From a virus (Duplodnaviria; Caudoviricetes): a DNA stretch of 38,785 nt. The notes under the pieces are model-generated. The model did not search any database, was not told the origin of the DNA, and worked only from the letters and a program-made list of their open reading frames with translations. This document shows, in pieces, positions 18,762 through 27,370 of this stretch (within the stretch, counting starts at the first letter, position 1; the number at the start of each line of letters is the position of its first letter). The translations under genes were made by a program, and so were the position numbers. The stretch covers positions 1 to 38,785 of IMG/VR virus record IMGVR_UViG_3300048574_000406; one strand, 5' to 3'.

Positions 18762-19387
18762 GCGATGGCCTCGATCACCGCGGCCTGCGCGTCGGGGAAG
18801 GGATCGAGCGCGGCGACCAAGGTGTCGCGCATCCGCTTCCACCCGGGATGGTGCCGGACGATCCAGTCCTCGAGGTGGAGCTGCTCCTTCTCGAGTCGGG
18901 CCTGCAGGGTGAGCAGCTTCGCGATCGTGTCGCTGAGCTTGAGCCGCTCCGACGGCATGAGCGTCGGCCCGAGCGTGGTCTTCAGCTCGCGCAGCTCGCG
19001 GAGCTCCTCGCGCACCTCTTCGAGCGACGTCGCGCCGGGGCGAACGGTCGTCGTGATGTCGCGCTCCGGCGCCGCCTCGAGCGCGGCGTGCGGCACCGTC
19101 GACCACGCGAGCGTCGGGATCCCGAGCTTCGTGGCGATGGTTGCGCGCGCGGCCTTCCCCGGCGTCTTCGTTCCGTGCCGGTAGTAGGAGACCGAGGCCT
19201 GCGACACGCCGAGAAGCTCCGCGAGTTCGGTGTTCGACTGCTCGAGCGCGGCGAATCGCCGGTGCCCCTCGCTCGTGAAGACCGGTGAATCCGGCGGCTC
19301 GGGCACGTTCACTGCCGGCTTCACCGGTGAAGCCGGCGTCGAGCGCGGCTTGTGCGGTTTTTTCGGAGGTTTGCGCGAAGCGGTCAC
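18758..19387 (-). CDS. terS: Probable terminase small subunit with XRE-type HTH
   Basis: Directly upstream of and coupled to terL; NTELAELLGVSQASVSYYRHG HTH then helical domain. Confidence 0.7.
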   Translation of the reverse strand: MTASRKPPKKPHKPRSTPASPVKPAVNVPEPPDSPVFTSEGHRRFAALEQSNTELAELLGVSQASVSYYRHGTKTPGKAARATIATKLGIPTLAWSTVPHAALEAAPERDITTTVRPGATSLEEVREELRELRELKTTLGPTLMPSERLKLSDTIAKLLTLQARLEKEQLHLEDWIVRHHPGWKRMRDTLVAALDPFPDAQAAVIEAIA

Positions 19388-19501
19388 GAATCTTCACCCC
19401 TCAGAATTTTCGGCCGACTCGCCGGAGTATTTTTTCGGGTCCCCCTGGTGTTGCGTCCCCCAGCACTGTCGGACCGGGGGGTCTGGCACGACTCGTGTCC
19501 A

Positions 19502-20581
19502 TCACGCCTTCCGTACGAAGACCAACGGAGGGGTGATGAGCGGGGTGAGCTCGGCTGCGGAGAACACCCACGGGTTCGGTGGAGACGAGAGCGTGATGCC
19601 GGTCCGACGGATCACGCTGCCGGGGTTCGGCTGTACCGCAGGGTTCGTGCCCCACCCGCCGATCTCGATCGCGTCCGACTGCGCATGCACGCGCACGGTC
19701 GGATTCGAGTCGTGGGCAATCCCGTACCAGAGCAGCGGATGCGCGTCGATGTCGGGAAGACCCGAGGTGACCTCACGAAACGCGAAGGTCGCAGCGTCGA
19801 GGTTCCCCGAGTCCCAGAGAAGCGCGGACGGCCAACCGTCGGAATCCGGTGTGTAGATCCAGATGCGCACGTTCGCCGAGGCCACGCCCGACACCACCTG
19901 CACCCCGATCGAGTGCAGCGTCCCGAAGAGGGTTCGTCGGAACCGCGGCGCGAGGTCGACGCGTCCAGCCGCACCAGCGAGCACCCCCGTCCCCGCAGCC
20001 TGTCCGCGGCCTCCGAGTGCGTAGTAGCGACCGGCGATCACCGCGCCGATCCAAGGCACCGTGCCATCCTCACCAGGGTCGCCCGCCGCGCCGGCGGGCC
20101 CGGTGGGCCCTTGCTCACCCTGCGGTCCGGCGTCGCCCTGCGGCCCTTGCTCGCCCTGCGGTCCCGTGGCTCCCGCCGCACCGGCGTCGCCCTGCGGTCC
20201 TTGCGGTCCCGCGGGCCCTTGCTCGCCCTGAGCGCCCGCCGGCCCCTGGATGCCCTGCAGGCCCTGCGGACCTTGGACTCCCTGCGGTCCTTGCGGCCCC
20301 GGAGGCCCCACGAGCGACGTGAGCCACTCGCTCTCCGTGCCGACGAAACCACCCGCGACGGCGACCTCGTACGCGCTCGCGCCCGCGGGACCGGGAGGTC
20401 CGCCCGGATCGCCCGGCGGACCCTGCGGGCCTGCAGGGCCGGTCGCTCCCGCCTCTCCTGCAGCGCCGGCGGGGCCCGGAGGTCCGGGCGGCCCCTGCAC
20501 CGCAGCTCGGAGCGTGGCGACGGTCTCGCGCGCGAGCACGAGACCCGTGATCGGATCAATCAGTCGAACGTGCAGCGTCAC
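19502..20581 (-). CDS. Collagen-like fibre protein
   Basis: Two Gly-X-Y tracts separated by [20 protein letters not shown]; globular C-terminus; GTGA overlap start. Confidence 0.88.
   Translation of the reverse strand: MTLHVRLIDPITGLVLARETVATLRAAVQGPPGPPGPAGAAGEAGATGPAGPQGPPGDPGGPPGPAGASAYEVAVAGGFVGTESEWLTSLVGPPGPQGPQGVQGPQGLQGIQGPAGAQGEQGPAGPQGPQGDAGAAGATGPQGEQGPQGDAGPQGEQGPTGPAGAAGDPGEDGTVPWIGAVIAGRYYALGGRGQAAGTGVLAGAAGRVDLAPRFRRTLFGTLHSIGVQVVSGVASANVRIWIYTPDSDGWPSALLWDSGNLDAATFAFREVTSGLPDIDAHPLLWYGIAHDSNPTVRVHAQSDAIEIGGWGTNPAVQPNPGSVIRRTGITLSSPPNPWVFSAAELTPLITPPLVFVRKA
20060..20496 (-). repeat. Gly-X-Y coding repeats (approximate bounds)
   Basis: GPQ/GPA/GEQ/GDA triplet repeats. Confidence 0.85.
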
Positions 20582-20886
20582 GGCGTCACCGGCTCGGCGA
20601 GAGAAACGTGGAAGGTCTCGCTCCAGTAGCGCGAACCAGCGGCCGCGAACTTCACGTCGACCTTGAAGCGGCCTCGAGTCCACTCGGTCGTGTCCGCCTC
20701 AAGCTCGAAGACACCGCCGGCGGGGTCGATGAGCGTCGCGGCGAGCTCGTGGAGCTCGCTCTCGCCCGCCGAGCTCTCGAGGCGAGCGGCGGACGTCACC
20801 GTAACGCCCGTCAGGTCGACGACGTCGTCCCCGCTCGTGTGCGTGCACTGCAATCGCAGGATCGTCCCTTGTTTCACATTCAGCAC
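20578..20886 (-). CDS. BppU-N-like Ig-fold fibre adaptor
   Basis: [26 protein letters not shown] pattern; SD GAGGAGG before GTG 20886. Confidence 0.7.
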   Translation of the reverse strand: MLNVKQGTILRLQCTHTSGDDVVDLTGVTVTSAARLESSAGESELHELAATLIDPAGGVFELEADTTEWTRGRFKVDVKFAAAGSRYWSETFHVSLAEPVTP

Positions 20887-21018
20887 CGAGACCTCCTCAA
20901 ACGCGATTCGGTGGGTTCCGAACCAAGTCACGAACGAACGGACCGACCCACAGCGGGAAGGTCACGACAGCGCACCCGAGGTGCAGCCAGAAGAACGACC
21001 GTCGCTTCGATCGACGTC

Positions 21019-21567
21019 TCACACCCACCTCCCGTTCGCGTAGCGGAAGGCTCGGCGCTGCGCGCTCGTCCAGCGTGCGAAGATCAGGCTGTTGAACATC
21101 GAGCCGGGCGCGATCACACCCGTTTCTGGGTCGACGTAGGCGACGCGTCGCGCGGGCGCGAAGACGCGAAGGCGGCGCGCGAGCAGCGCGTGCGACCACC
21201 TCGTGTTGAGCGCGTCGGGAAGGACGAGCGTCGCCTCCGGCGCGTGCGCCTTGAAGCGCGCGCGCGTCTCGTCGAGCCATGCACACAGCGCGGTGATCCA
21301 CGGCTCGATCGGCCGCTCCTTCGACCACGGCGGATTCGAGAAGAGCGGCACGTGGGGCCACGCTGCACTGAGCCCGTCGTGACCGAGCCACCGCCCCTCG
21401 ACGTCGGCGCGTGGAGCTTCGGGCGAGAAGAAGTACTTCGCGTGCGTCGGGTTGTCGGGCGCCGTCGCAGGGTCGAGCTCGAGGCGCACGCCCGCCGCCC
21501 GCACCGCGTCGAGAAGCGGGGGCGGCGTCTGCCACGTGCTCTTCTGCGTCGGCTCCGCCAGCCTCAC
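21019..21567 (-). CDS. Phage Dam-like DNA amino-methyltransferase
   Basis: WQTPP, LDPAT, DGL..W, catalytic motif NPPW. Confidence 0.85.
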   Translation of the reverse strand: MRLAEPTQKSTWQTPPPLLDAVRAAGVRLELDPATAPDNPTHAKYFFSPEAPRADVEGRWLGHDGLSAAWPHVPLFSNPPWSKERPIEPWITALCAWLDETRARFKAHAPEATLVLPDALNTRWSHALLARRLRVFAPARRVAYVDPETGVIAPGSMFNSLIFARWTSAQRRAFRYANGRWV

Positions 21568-23342
21568 GCCTTCTTCGCCCCCTTCTTCTTCGTCGGCTTC
21601 GTCGGCTTGGCCTTGCGGGGCTTCTTCGCCGCCTCGAGCTCGGCGCGAAGAGCGGCGACGTCGACGCCGAGCAGCTCGAGCGCGCGGGCGCGGCACGGGC
21701 CGTCGGACGCCGCGTCGCGGCCCGTCGTGCGCTCGAGCAGCGCGACCGTGACGAGCCGCGCGAGCTCGGTGGGCGAGCGGTCTTCGATGTGCTCGGCGCG
21801 CGCTGCGTGCTTCTCCTCCGGCTCCCAGTACGCCGTGATCGGAGGACACTCGAGGTCGTCCAGCGCCTTCGAGCCGACGAGCTTGTCGACGGCGAGGAAC
21901 GCGAGGATGCGAAGAAGCTCGATCTGTGCGCCGCCCTCGGGCCACTCGAGGAGCTTCGCTTGCTCGAGCGCGGCCGCGTGCGCGGCTCGCATCGTCGCTC
22001 GATCGAGCTTCAGCTTCGCTTGCTCCTTTCGTTCCTTCTCCCGGCGGCGCTTCTCCGCGTCGTCGTCCTTCGAGTCCGAGGCCTTCGACTTCTCGAACAC
22101 CTTCGAGATCCGCTTCGTCACCGAGGTTGAGACGACCTCGCGTGGGTTGCCGTCTCCGTCGATCGTGACCGTGATCTCCGTTGCGGGGATCGGCGTGCCG
22201 AAGGCCTTCTCGTGCGCCTCCGACCACGTGAGCTCGCGGCCCTTCGACTTGATCCGCTCCCACCCGTTCTTCTTCGCGGGCTCGTCGGCCGGGACCACGT
22301 CGGCGGCAAGGAGCGCCGCTCCGTCCCAGACCTTCCCGGAGTAGTGCGTCGCCTTCACCGCGAGCTTCTTCGCAACCTTCGCGCCCTCGGCCTTCCGGCG
22401 CGCGGCGAGCTCCTCGAACCACCACGCGTTCTTCCGATCCCAGCAGCTCGAGTCCGTGCAGCGATCGGTGGTGTCCGCGAGCACGTCCGCGAAAAGCGCC
22501 GTCTGCGCGCTCGAGCGCTTCGGGCACGTCGCGCACGCGACCGCGTTGACGGCCTGCGGCACGACGTCGAGCGGGAACTTCGCGTCGCGCAGCGCGCGCG
22601 TCTGCTGCTCGAGCGCGCGGATCACCCGGTTCGTCGGGATCGGCTCGCCCTCGGGCTGCGAGTCCGCGTAGCGCTGCGCCTCGACCAGCGCCGCCTTCTG
22701 CGACTCCGGCGACACGCGGGCGAGCGCGGCCGCAGCCTGCGTCGTGAGGAGTCCCGCCCGGAACGCGGCGCGGCCCTCGGTCGAGAGGTCCGCGAGGCGC
22801 GCGAGCTTGTAGACGTGCGAGACCGACTTCTTGAGACGCGCGGCGCACGCGTCGGGCGTGAGGTGCTCCCTCCGCATCTTCGCGACGATCGAGTCGGCCT
22901 CGTCGAGCGGGTGCACGGCCTCGCGCTGCGCGTTGTCTTGGATCGCGATGTCGAGCGCCTTCGCGTCGTCGTCCGCGTCGCGACGCACCGAGCAGCGTGC
23001 GCTCGCGGCGCCGAGGATCTGCAGCGCGACGAGTCGACGCTCGCCGCCGAGGACCTCCCACCGATCGCCGCGAGGGCGCACGACCATCTCGACGAGCTGC
23101 CCGAACTCTCCGATCGACTGTGCGAGCTCGATCACCGTCGGATCGTCCCGCCGCACGCGCCCACGCGGGTTGAGCGGAAACGGTACGAGCCGATCGAGCG
23201 CGATCTCGATCGACTCCGGGGGCGGGCGGTAGCGAGAGGTCGCGGGCGCGCCGTCGTAGGACTCCCGCTCGAACGTCGGATCGGGGGTCTTCGCCTTGCG
23301 TGGCTTCTTCGGAGGTTTCGCTTCTTCGGTCGTGGCGGTCAT
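21564..23342 (-). CDS. ParB/Spo0J-domain protein with long C-terminal extension
   Basis: NPR, LAQSIGEFGQL, GGERRLVA, NAQRE..HPLDEA, HTH; Cys motif CATCPKR..C....C; Lys-rich ends. Confidence 0.88.
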   Translation of the reverse strand: MTATTEEAKPPKKPRKAKTPDPTFERESYDGAPATSRYRPPPESIEIALDRLVPFPLNPRGRVRRDDPTVIELAQSIGEFGQLVEMVVRPRGDRWEVLGGERRLVALQILGAASARCSVRRDADDDAKALDIAIQDNAQREAVHPLDEADSIVAKMRREHLTPDACAARLKKSVSHVYKLARLADLSTEGRAAFRAGLLTTQAAAALARVSPESQKAALVEAQRYADSQPEGEPIPTNRVIRALEQQTRALRDAKFPLDVVPQAVNAVACATCPKRSSAQTALFADVLADTTDRCTDSSCWDRKNAWWFEELAARRKAEGAKVAKKLAVKATHYSGKVWDGAALLAADVVPADEPAKKNGWERIKSKGRELTWSEAHEKAFGTPIPATEITVTIDGDGNPREVVSTSVTKRISKVFEKSKASDSKDDDAEKRRREKERKEQAKLKLDRATMRAAHAAALEQAKLLEWPEGGAQIELLRILAFLAVDKLVGSKALDDLECPPITAYWEPEEKHAARAEHIEDRSPTELARLVTVALLERTTGRDAASDGPCRARALELLGVDVAALRAELEAAKKPRKAKPTKPTKKKGAKKA

Positions 23343-23360
23343 CGGATGGCGGTCCTTTGT

Positions 23361-24056
23361 TCAGCGCCCCTCGGGGCGCGTGGTCGTCGGGGCGAGGCCT
23401 CGCCGCTGCTCGAGCAGCGCGAGCAACTCGGCGTCCTCGGGGCGAGCGAGAGCGGCGCGGAGCGTCGCCGCCGGCAACGCGAGACCGAGCTCACCCGCGC
23501 GCTCCGCCCAGAGCGCGATGCAGGTCGCTTCGGCCGCGTCGTCCTCGAGTTCGTGCGAGGTCGCGAACAGGGCGCGAGCGCGGAACTGCGCGGCCCGCTT
23601 CCACTCGGTTGTGGAACGAAAGCGGCTCCCCCCGATCACGCGAGCTCGCCACGTGCCCGTGTCGACGCGCATCACGGAGCTCGGCCGGATGCCCGCGCGC
23701 TCGAGCTCGGCGAGCCAGAGCCCCCACGACGCCCCGAGGCCCGCGGCGGTCTGAGCGCCGAACGCGCGGCGCTTGCGCCCCGCCTCTCCCTCCGGTTGCT
23801 TCGGGATCCGCCACGTCTCCGCGACGACCACGAGCACGCGCTGCAGGTCGCGAGCAGCGGAGAGCGCACCGGAAACTGCTAACTCGCGCTGCGAGGTCGT
23901 CTTCGCCGGCCCGGCGAGGGGAAGCGCCCTGTCGTGTGTCTGACCGCTGGGCGCGTGCACGCACCACCCGGACGTCGCGCCCGGGTCGATCGCGAGGATC
24001 ACGACCGGCCACGGGCGCGTGGCGGTCGGTAGCCGACGTGCTCGAGCGCGCTTCAC
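23361..24056 (-). CDS. RuvC-like Holliday junction resolvase
   Basis: ILAIDPGATSGW, VVAE, EDDAAEA. Confidence 0.78.
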   Translation of the reverse strand: MKRARARRLPTATRPWPVVILAIDPGATSGWCVHAPSGQTHDRALPLAGPAKTTSQRELAVSGALSAARDLQRVLVVVAETWRIPKQPEGEAGRKRRAFGAQTAAGLGASWGLWLAELERAGIRPSSVMRVDTGTWRARVIGGSRFRSTTEWKRAAQFRARALFATSHELEDDAAEATCIALWAERAGELGLALPAATLRAALARPEDAELLALLEQRRGLAPTTTRPEGR

Positions 24057-24658
24057 GACTCGCCTCCGAAGAGCGAACGCTGCGCGGGCGGCGGTGGCTC
24101 GGAAGGCGACTTCACGAGCGGCGCGGCCGCGCGAGGCCGCGTCGCCGCCGGCGGCACGAAGGTCTCGCCGACCTTGCGCACGAAGTCGGCGACGCTCGCA
24201 CCGTCGGGCGCCTCGCGCAGCGTCCGCGGGAGGCGCGGACGGTCGTAGATCTCGACGCCGTCGGCGGGCTCGATGAGCTTCGGCGAGGGCGGGCGGATCG
24301 CGCCGGCGTCCCGACTTGCCGCTGCGGTGGGCTCGTCGACAGCGGACGCCGGCGCGTCCGACCCATGCGGGTGCACGGGGGCATCGGTGGGGAGCGACTT
24401 GTCGCCTTCGTCCGCGCCGCCGACCTCCGCGCGCATCGCGTCGGCGCGCTCGGTTGCGACTCGCTCGGCGAAGGCACGAACCGCCGCGAGCGTCGCGGCG
24501 GGGTCGGCGAGCGTTAGCAGGACTTCGCCCGCGTCGAGGCGCTCTCCGCAGCTCGGGCACGCGTGGCCGTACGCCCGCACGTCGGAGAGCCAGAGCACGC
24601 GCCACCCGTGCGGGAGCGGCTGACGCGTCCGGGCTTCGCAGTGGTCGCAGGCGATCAT
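24053..24658 (-). CDS. Zn-ribbon hypothetical protein
   Basis: CDHC...GW...CPSC; ATGA overlap. Confidence 0.7.
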   Translation of the reverse strand: MIACDHCEARTRQPLPHGWRVLWLSDVRAYGHACPSCGERLDAGEVLLTLADPAATLAAVRAFAERVATERADAMRAEVGGADEGDKSLPTDAPVHPHGSDAPASAVDEPTAAASRDAGAIRPPSPKLIEPADGVEIYDRPRLPRTLREAPDGASVADFVRKVGETFVPPAATRPRAAAPLVKSPSEPPPPAQRSLFGGES

Positions 24659-25575
24659 GTCCAGCCCTCCGCTTCGAGGCGCGCCGCCTCGAGCTCGAAG
24701 TACTCCACGCTGCCCGGGCGCGCGGGCCCTCGACGCTTCGGCGGCGCTGCCGCGAGCTCGGCCCACCGTCCGGCGTGGTCGCAGAACCGCAGCCACGGGT
24801 CGCTCGGCCGCGAGAGCGGCGACTGCGCGGCGAGCCACCGCTCGAAGTGCTCGACCTCGGCCTCGAGGCTCGGCCCGAGACGCCGCACGAGCTCGTCGGC
24901 CTGCAGGCGTCGGTGGTCGAGGAACGGCGCGGTCCCGGTCGCCCTGGCGACCGCGCGCTCGAGCAGCGCTCGGAGGCGAGCTCCGGTGAGGTCTCCGGGA
25001 GGGTCCGACGAGGGCTCGACGAGAGGGGTCGCGTCGCGCGTGCGCGTAGCGCTCTCTTCTCCTCTCATCTCATCTCTTCTCATCTCCCGAGCGGTAGTGA
25101 GTGATTCCGCGGGTTTGTCTTCGATCTCGTTTTGAGTTCGTTCCGAGTTCGTTTGAGGTTCGTTCTCGGTTCGTTTGAGGTTCGTTCCGTTTTCGAGCGG
25201 GAGGGAGGTCTGCGTCGAGGGCGGCTTCGGGGTCTTCTTCGACGCCCGCTTCGCCCCCTTCGGGGTCTCCTGCTCGTCCTCCCACTGGACGACGACGAGC
25301 CGCTTCCCGTCCCGGTCGACGACGAGGAGCTCGTGCTCAAGCAGGGTGCGCAGGTAGCCCTCGAGCACCCTCCGCTCGCCCATGGACGCCCCGAGGCGCT
25401 TGCCGAGCTCCTGTGAGAGGCGACGCAGCTCCCGCCCGTCGTCGAGCAGCGTCACCGTCCCGTCGTCGTCCGCGAGCTCGGCGCAGAGCACGTGGTACCA
25501 GGCCCGGCACCCCGGCCCGACCGCCGCGAACGCGCCGCGGGGCTTCCACGCCTTCCGCCACGGAAGAGAGCTCAC
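24655..25575 (-). CDS. Putative replication initiator (lambda O-like architecture)
   Basis: N-terminal wHTH-like region, central iteron tract, EMRRDEMRGEE linker. Confidence 0.7.
   Translation of the reverse strand: MSSLPWRKAWKPRGAFAAVGPGCRAWYHVLCAELADDDGTVTLLDDGRELRRLSQELGKRLGASMGERRVLEGYLRTLLEHELLVVDRDGKRLVVVQWEDEQETPKGAKRASKKTPKPPSTQTSLPLENGTNLKRTENEPQTNSERTQNEIEDKPAESLTTAREMRRDEMRGEESATRTRDATPLVEPSSDPPGDLTGARLRALLERAVARATGTAPFLDHRRLQADELVRRLGPSLEAEVEHFERWLAAQSPLSRPSDPWLRFCDHAGRWAELAAAPPKRRGPARPGSVEYFELEAARLEAEGWT
25125..25197. repeat. Iteron array, 11-bp period (putative origin)
   Basis: GTTCGTT core at 25136, 25147, 25158, 25169, 25180; degenerate units at 25125 and 25191. Confidence 0.82.
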
Positions 25576-25979
25576 GCCGCCCGCCCTTCTGCGGCACGGA
25601 GAGCCGCTTCGATCTCGGCGAGCTGCTCGAGCAGCTTCGCCTTCCGCTCGCGCAGCCGCTCGGGCTGCTCGGGGAGCGGGTCGTCGAGCCGCTCGGGTCG
25701 CACGAAGCGGAGCTCGTACTGCGAGCGCGCGCGGTCGGTGACCGCGTAGCCGATCACTCCCCGCCGGCGGAGGTCGCGCAGGACCCGGTCCGCGCTCGCC
25801 GGCGCCCCGCCCACGGCTTCGCGGAGCTCGGACGCGTGGAAGGTCTGCCCGATGCGCTCGAGCGCCCACGCGACGATGCGAGGCGCGAGCGCATCGGACA
25901 CGCGCGCGAGCTGCTGCGACTGCTCGTCGGCGCGCTCCGCCCGTGCGGCTCTCTCGAAGTCGAGACCGCACTGGATCAC
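25572..25979 (-). CDS. wHTH-like hypothetical protein (alternative start ATG 25991)
   Basis: FHASELREAVGGAPASADRVLRDLRRRGVIGY. Confidence 0.7.
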   Translation of the reverse strand: MIQCGLDFERAARAERADEQSQQLARVSDALAPRIVAWALERIGQTFHASELREAVGGAPASADRVLRDLRRRGVIGYAVTDRARSQYELRFVRPERLDDPLPEQPERLRERKAKLLEQLAEIEAALRAAEGRAA

Positions 25980-26146
25980 GGAAGCCTCCATCGCTGGTGC
26001 CCCACCTCGAGCGACACGCGGAACCGCGCAGCGACCGACGCGAGCCAGAGCACGAGGGCTCGAAGCGCTCGCATCACGCGCGCGCGACGCTGACGTCGTC
26101 GACGATCACGCGCGCGACGTCGACGAGCTCGGGCGCGCGCGTTCAT
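25976..26146 (-). CDS. 56-aa arginine-rich protein (not in ORF track)
   Basis: ATGA overlap at 5' end and GTGA overlap at 3' end; fills the gap exactly. Confidence 0.6.
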   Translation of the reverse strand: MNARARARRRRARDRRRRQRRARVMRALRALVLWLASVAARFRVSLEVGHQRWRLP

Positions 26147-26448
26147 CGCGAGGCCCTCCGCTTCGCGGCCTTGAGGTTCGCGACGTCGCGCTGCAGCTCC
26201 TTTCGGGCGGCGAGCAGCTCGCGCTTTTCCTCACGAAGCTTGAGCACCCACTCGCTGTCGCGCGCGAGCTGCAGGATCCAGCGGATCGGATCGAGCTTCG
26301 CGTCGCAGGCCTTGCACCGCAGCTCGTGCGCCGTCTCGTCGACCACGACGCCCTTGCCGAAGTGCACGCAGTCCTTCGCGTGAGGCGGCCTGCGGCCGAC
26401 GCGCTTCGCGACGTCGGGGCCGGCGCCACCGCCGAGGATCAGCTCCAC
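26143..26448 (-). CDS. Zn-finger/coiled-coil phage protein
   Basis: CVH...CKAC then coiled coil. Confidence 0.72.
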   Translation of the reverse strand: MELILGGGAGPDVAKRVGRRPPHAKDCVHFGKGVVVDETAHELRCKACDAKLDPIRWILQLARDSEWVLKLREEKRELLAARKELQRDVANLKAAKRRASR

Positions 26449-26888
26449 GGCGCACCTCCCTCGTCGAGGATCCGACGAAGCGCCCGTGTGGCGCGCTCCT
26501 GCGAGTCGAGGGCCCGCTCGAGGTCATCTTCGGCGCGGCGGTACGCCCGATCGAGGTCGGTGAGCGCGTGCTCGAGCACGTGCAGCGAGGCGAAGCCGAA
26601 CGCGACCGACGTGGCGAGCGACAGCGCGAACGTCGCGAACACGGAGAGGAACCCGTGCCCCGCAAGCCGATCGCTCGCGGCGACGTAGATCCCCACCACG
26701 AACGCCACGAACGCGACGGCGCCGAGCAGCAGCGCTCGAGCGCGCTCGCGACGGGCCTCGGCGAGGCCTCGACGCAGCGCGAGCACCGGCGTGGTCCCGA
26801 CCGCGTCGAACAGCGCCTGCACGAGCTCGGGCGGCGCGTGCCACGGCTCGTGACCGCGTGCGGGCACGGGAGCACGACGAGCGCGCAT
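26439..26888 (-). CDS. Two-TM membrane protein
   Basis: Two hydrophobic helices; TGATG overlap. Confidence 0.65.
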   Translation of the reverse strand: MRARRAPVPARGHEPWHAPPELVQALFDAVGTTPVLALRRGLAEARRERARALLLGAVAFVAFVVGIYVAASDRLAGHGFLSVFATFALSLATSVAFGFASLHVLEHALTDLDRAYRRAEDDLERALDSQERATRALRRILDEGGAPWS

Positions 26889-27370
26889 CAGGCGACCTCC
26901 GCGTGGTGGTGGAGGCCCGCGAGCGGTGCACGTCGCTTCGCTGCGAGCACGGCGGCCGCCTCAAGCTGGCGCACGCGTTCCCGCGTGACACCGAGGAAGT
27001 CCGCGACCTCTTCGAGCGTCGCCCCGCCTGGGTGAGTCGCGAGGAAGTACTGCGTGAGATCGTCCTCGGCGAGCGGGAGCTCCTCGACGATGCGCGTGCG
27101 CTCGTCGAGGTCGTCCGGTGCCCACAGCTCGAAGTGCGCGTGAGCGCGACGCTGGTCTTTCAGCGAGCCCGACGCGGGCCGACCGCGCGGCACGAGCGCC
27201 CGCGGCTCAGGTGGGGGCGGCGGCTCGCACGCCTCGGCGAGGGTCTGTCCTTCGCGCAGTCGGCGCACGAGCTCGGCGGGATGCAGGCACGCGATCGCGG
27301 CCCACGCGCGCACCGCACGACGCTCGCCGCGGTGCGTGATCAGCGTGCTCTCCGTGACGTTCGCTCCCAT
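26888..27370 (-). CDS. Sigma-70 region-4-like HTH protein
   Basis: GATLEEVADFLGVTRERVRQLE. Confidence 0.82.
   Translation of the reverse strand: MGANVTESTLITHRGERRAVRAWAAIACLHPAELVRRLREGQTLAEACEPPPPPEPRALVPRGRPASGSLKDQRRAHAHFELWAPDDLDERTRIVEELPLAEDDLTQYFLATHPGGATLEEVADFLGVTRERVRQLEAAAVLAAKRRAPLAGLHHHAEVA

Noticed and set aside
20955-21010. Possible third copy of the 64-bp element (GAAGAACG at 20990)
   Set aside because: Only 8 nt match, with no dyad and no hexamer/start codon in register
14140-23061. Long N-terminal extensions in the ORF track (882-aa protease, 778-aa TerL, 680-aa methylase)
   Set aside because: They overlap upstream genes in another frame; ATGA/GTGA-coupled starts give sensible proteins
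23296-23322. KPPKKP motif shared by the N-termini of the ParB protein and TerS
   Set aside because: Short, low-complexity basic motif; probably coincidental
25125-25197. CRISPR-like array
   Set aside because: 11-bp tandem units without unique spacers and no cas genes; better explained as iterons
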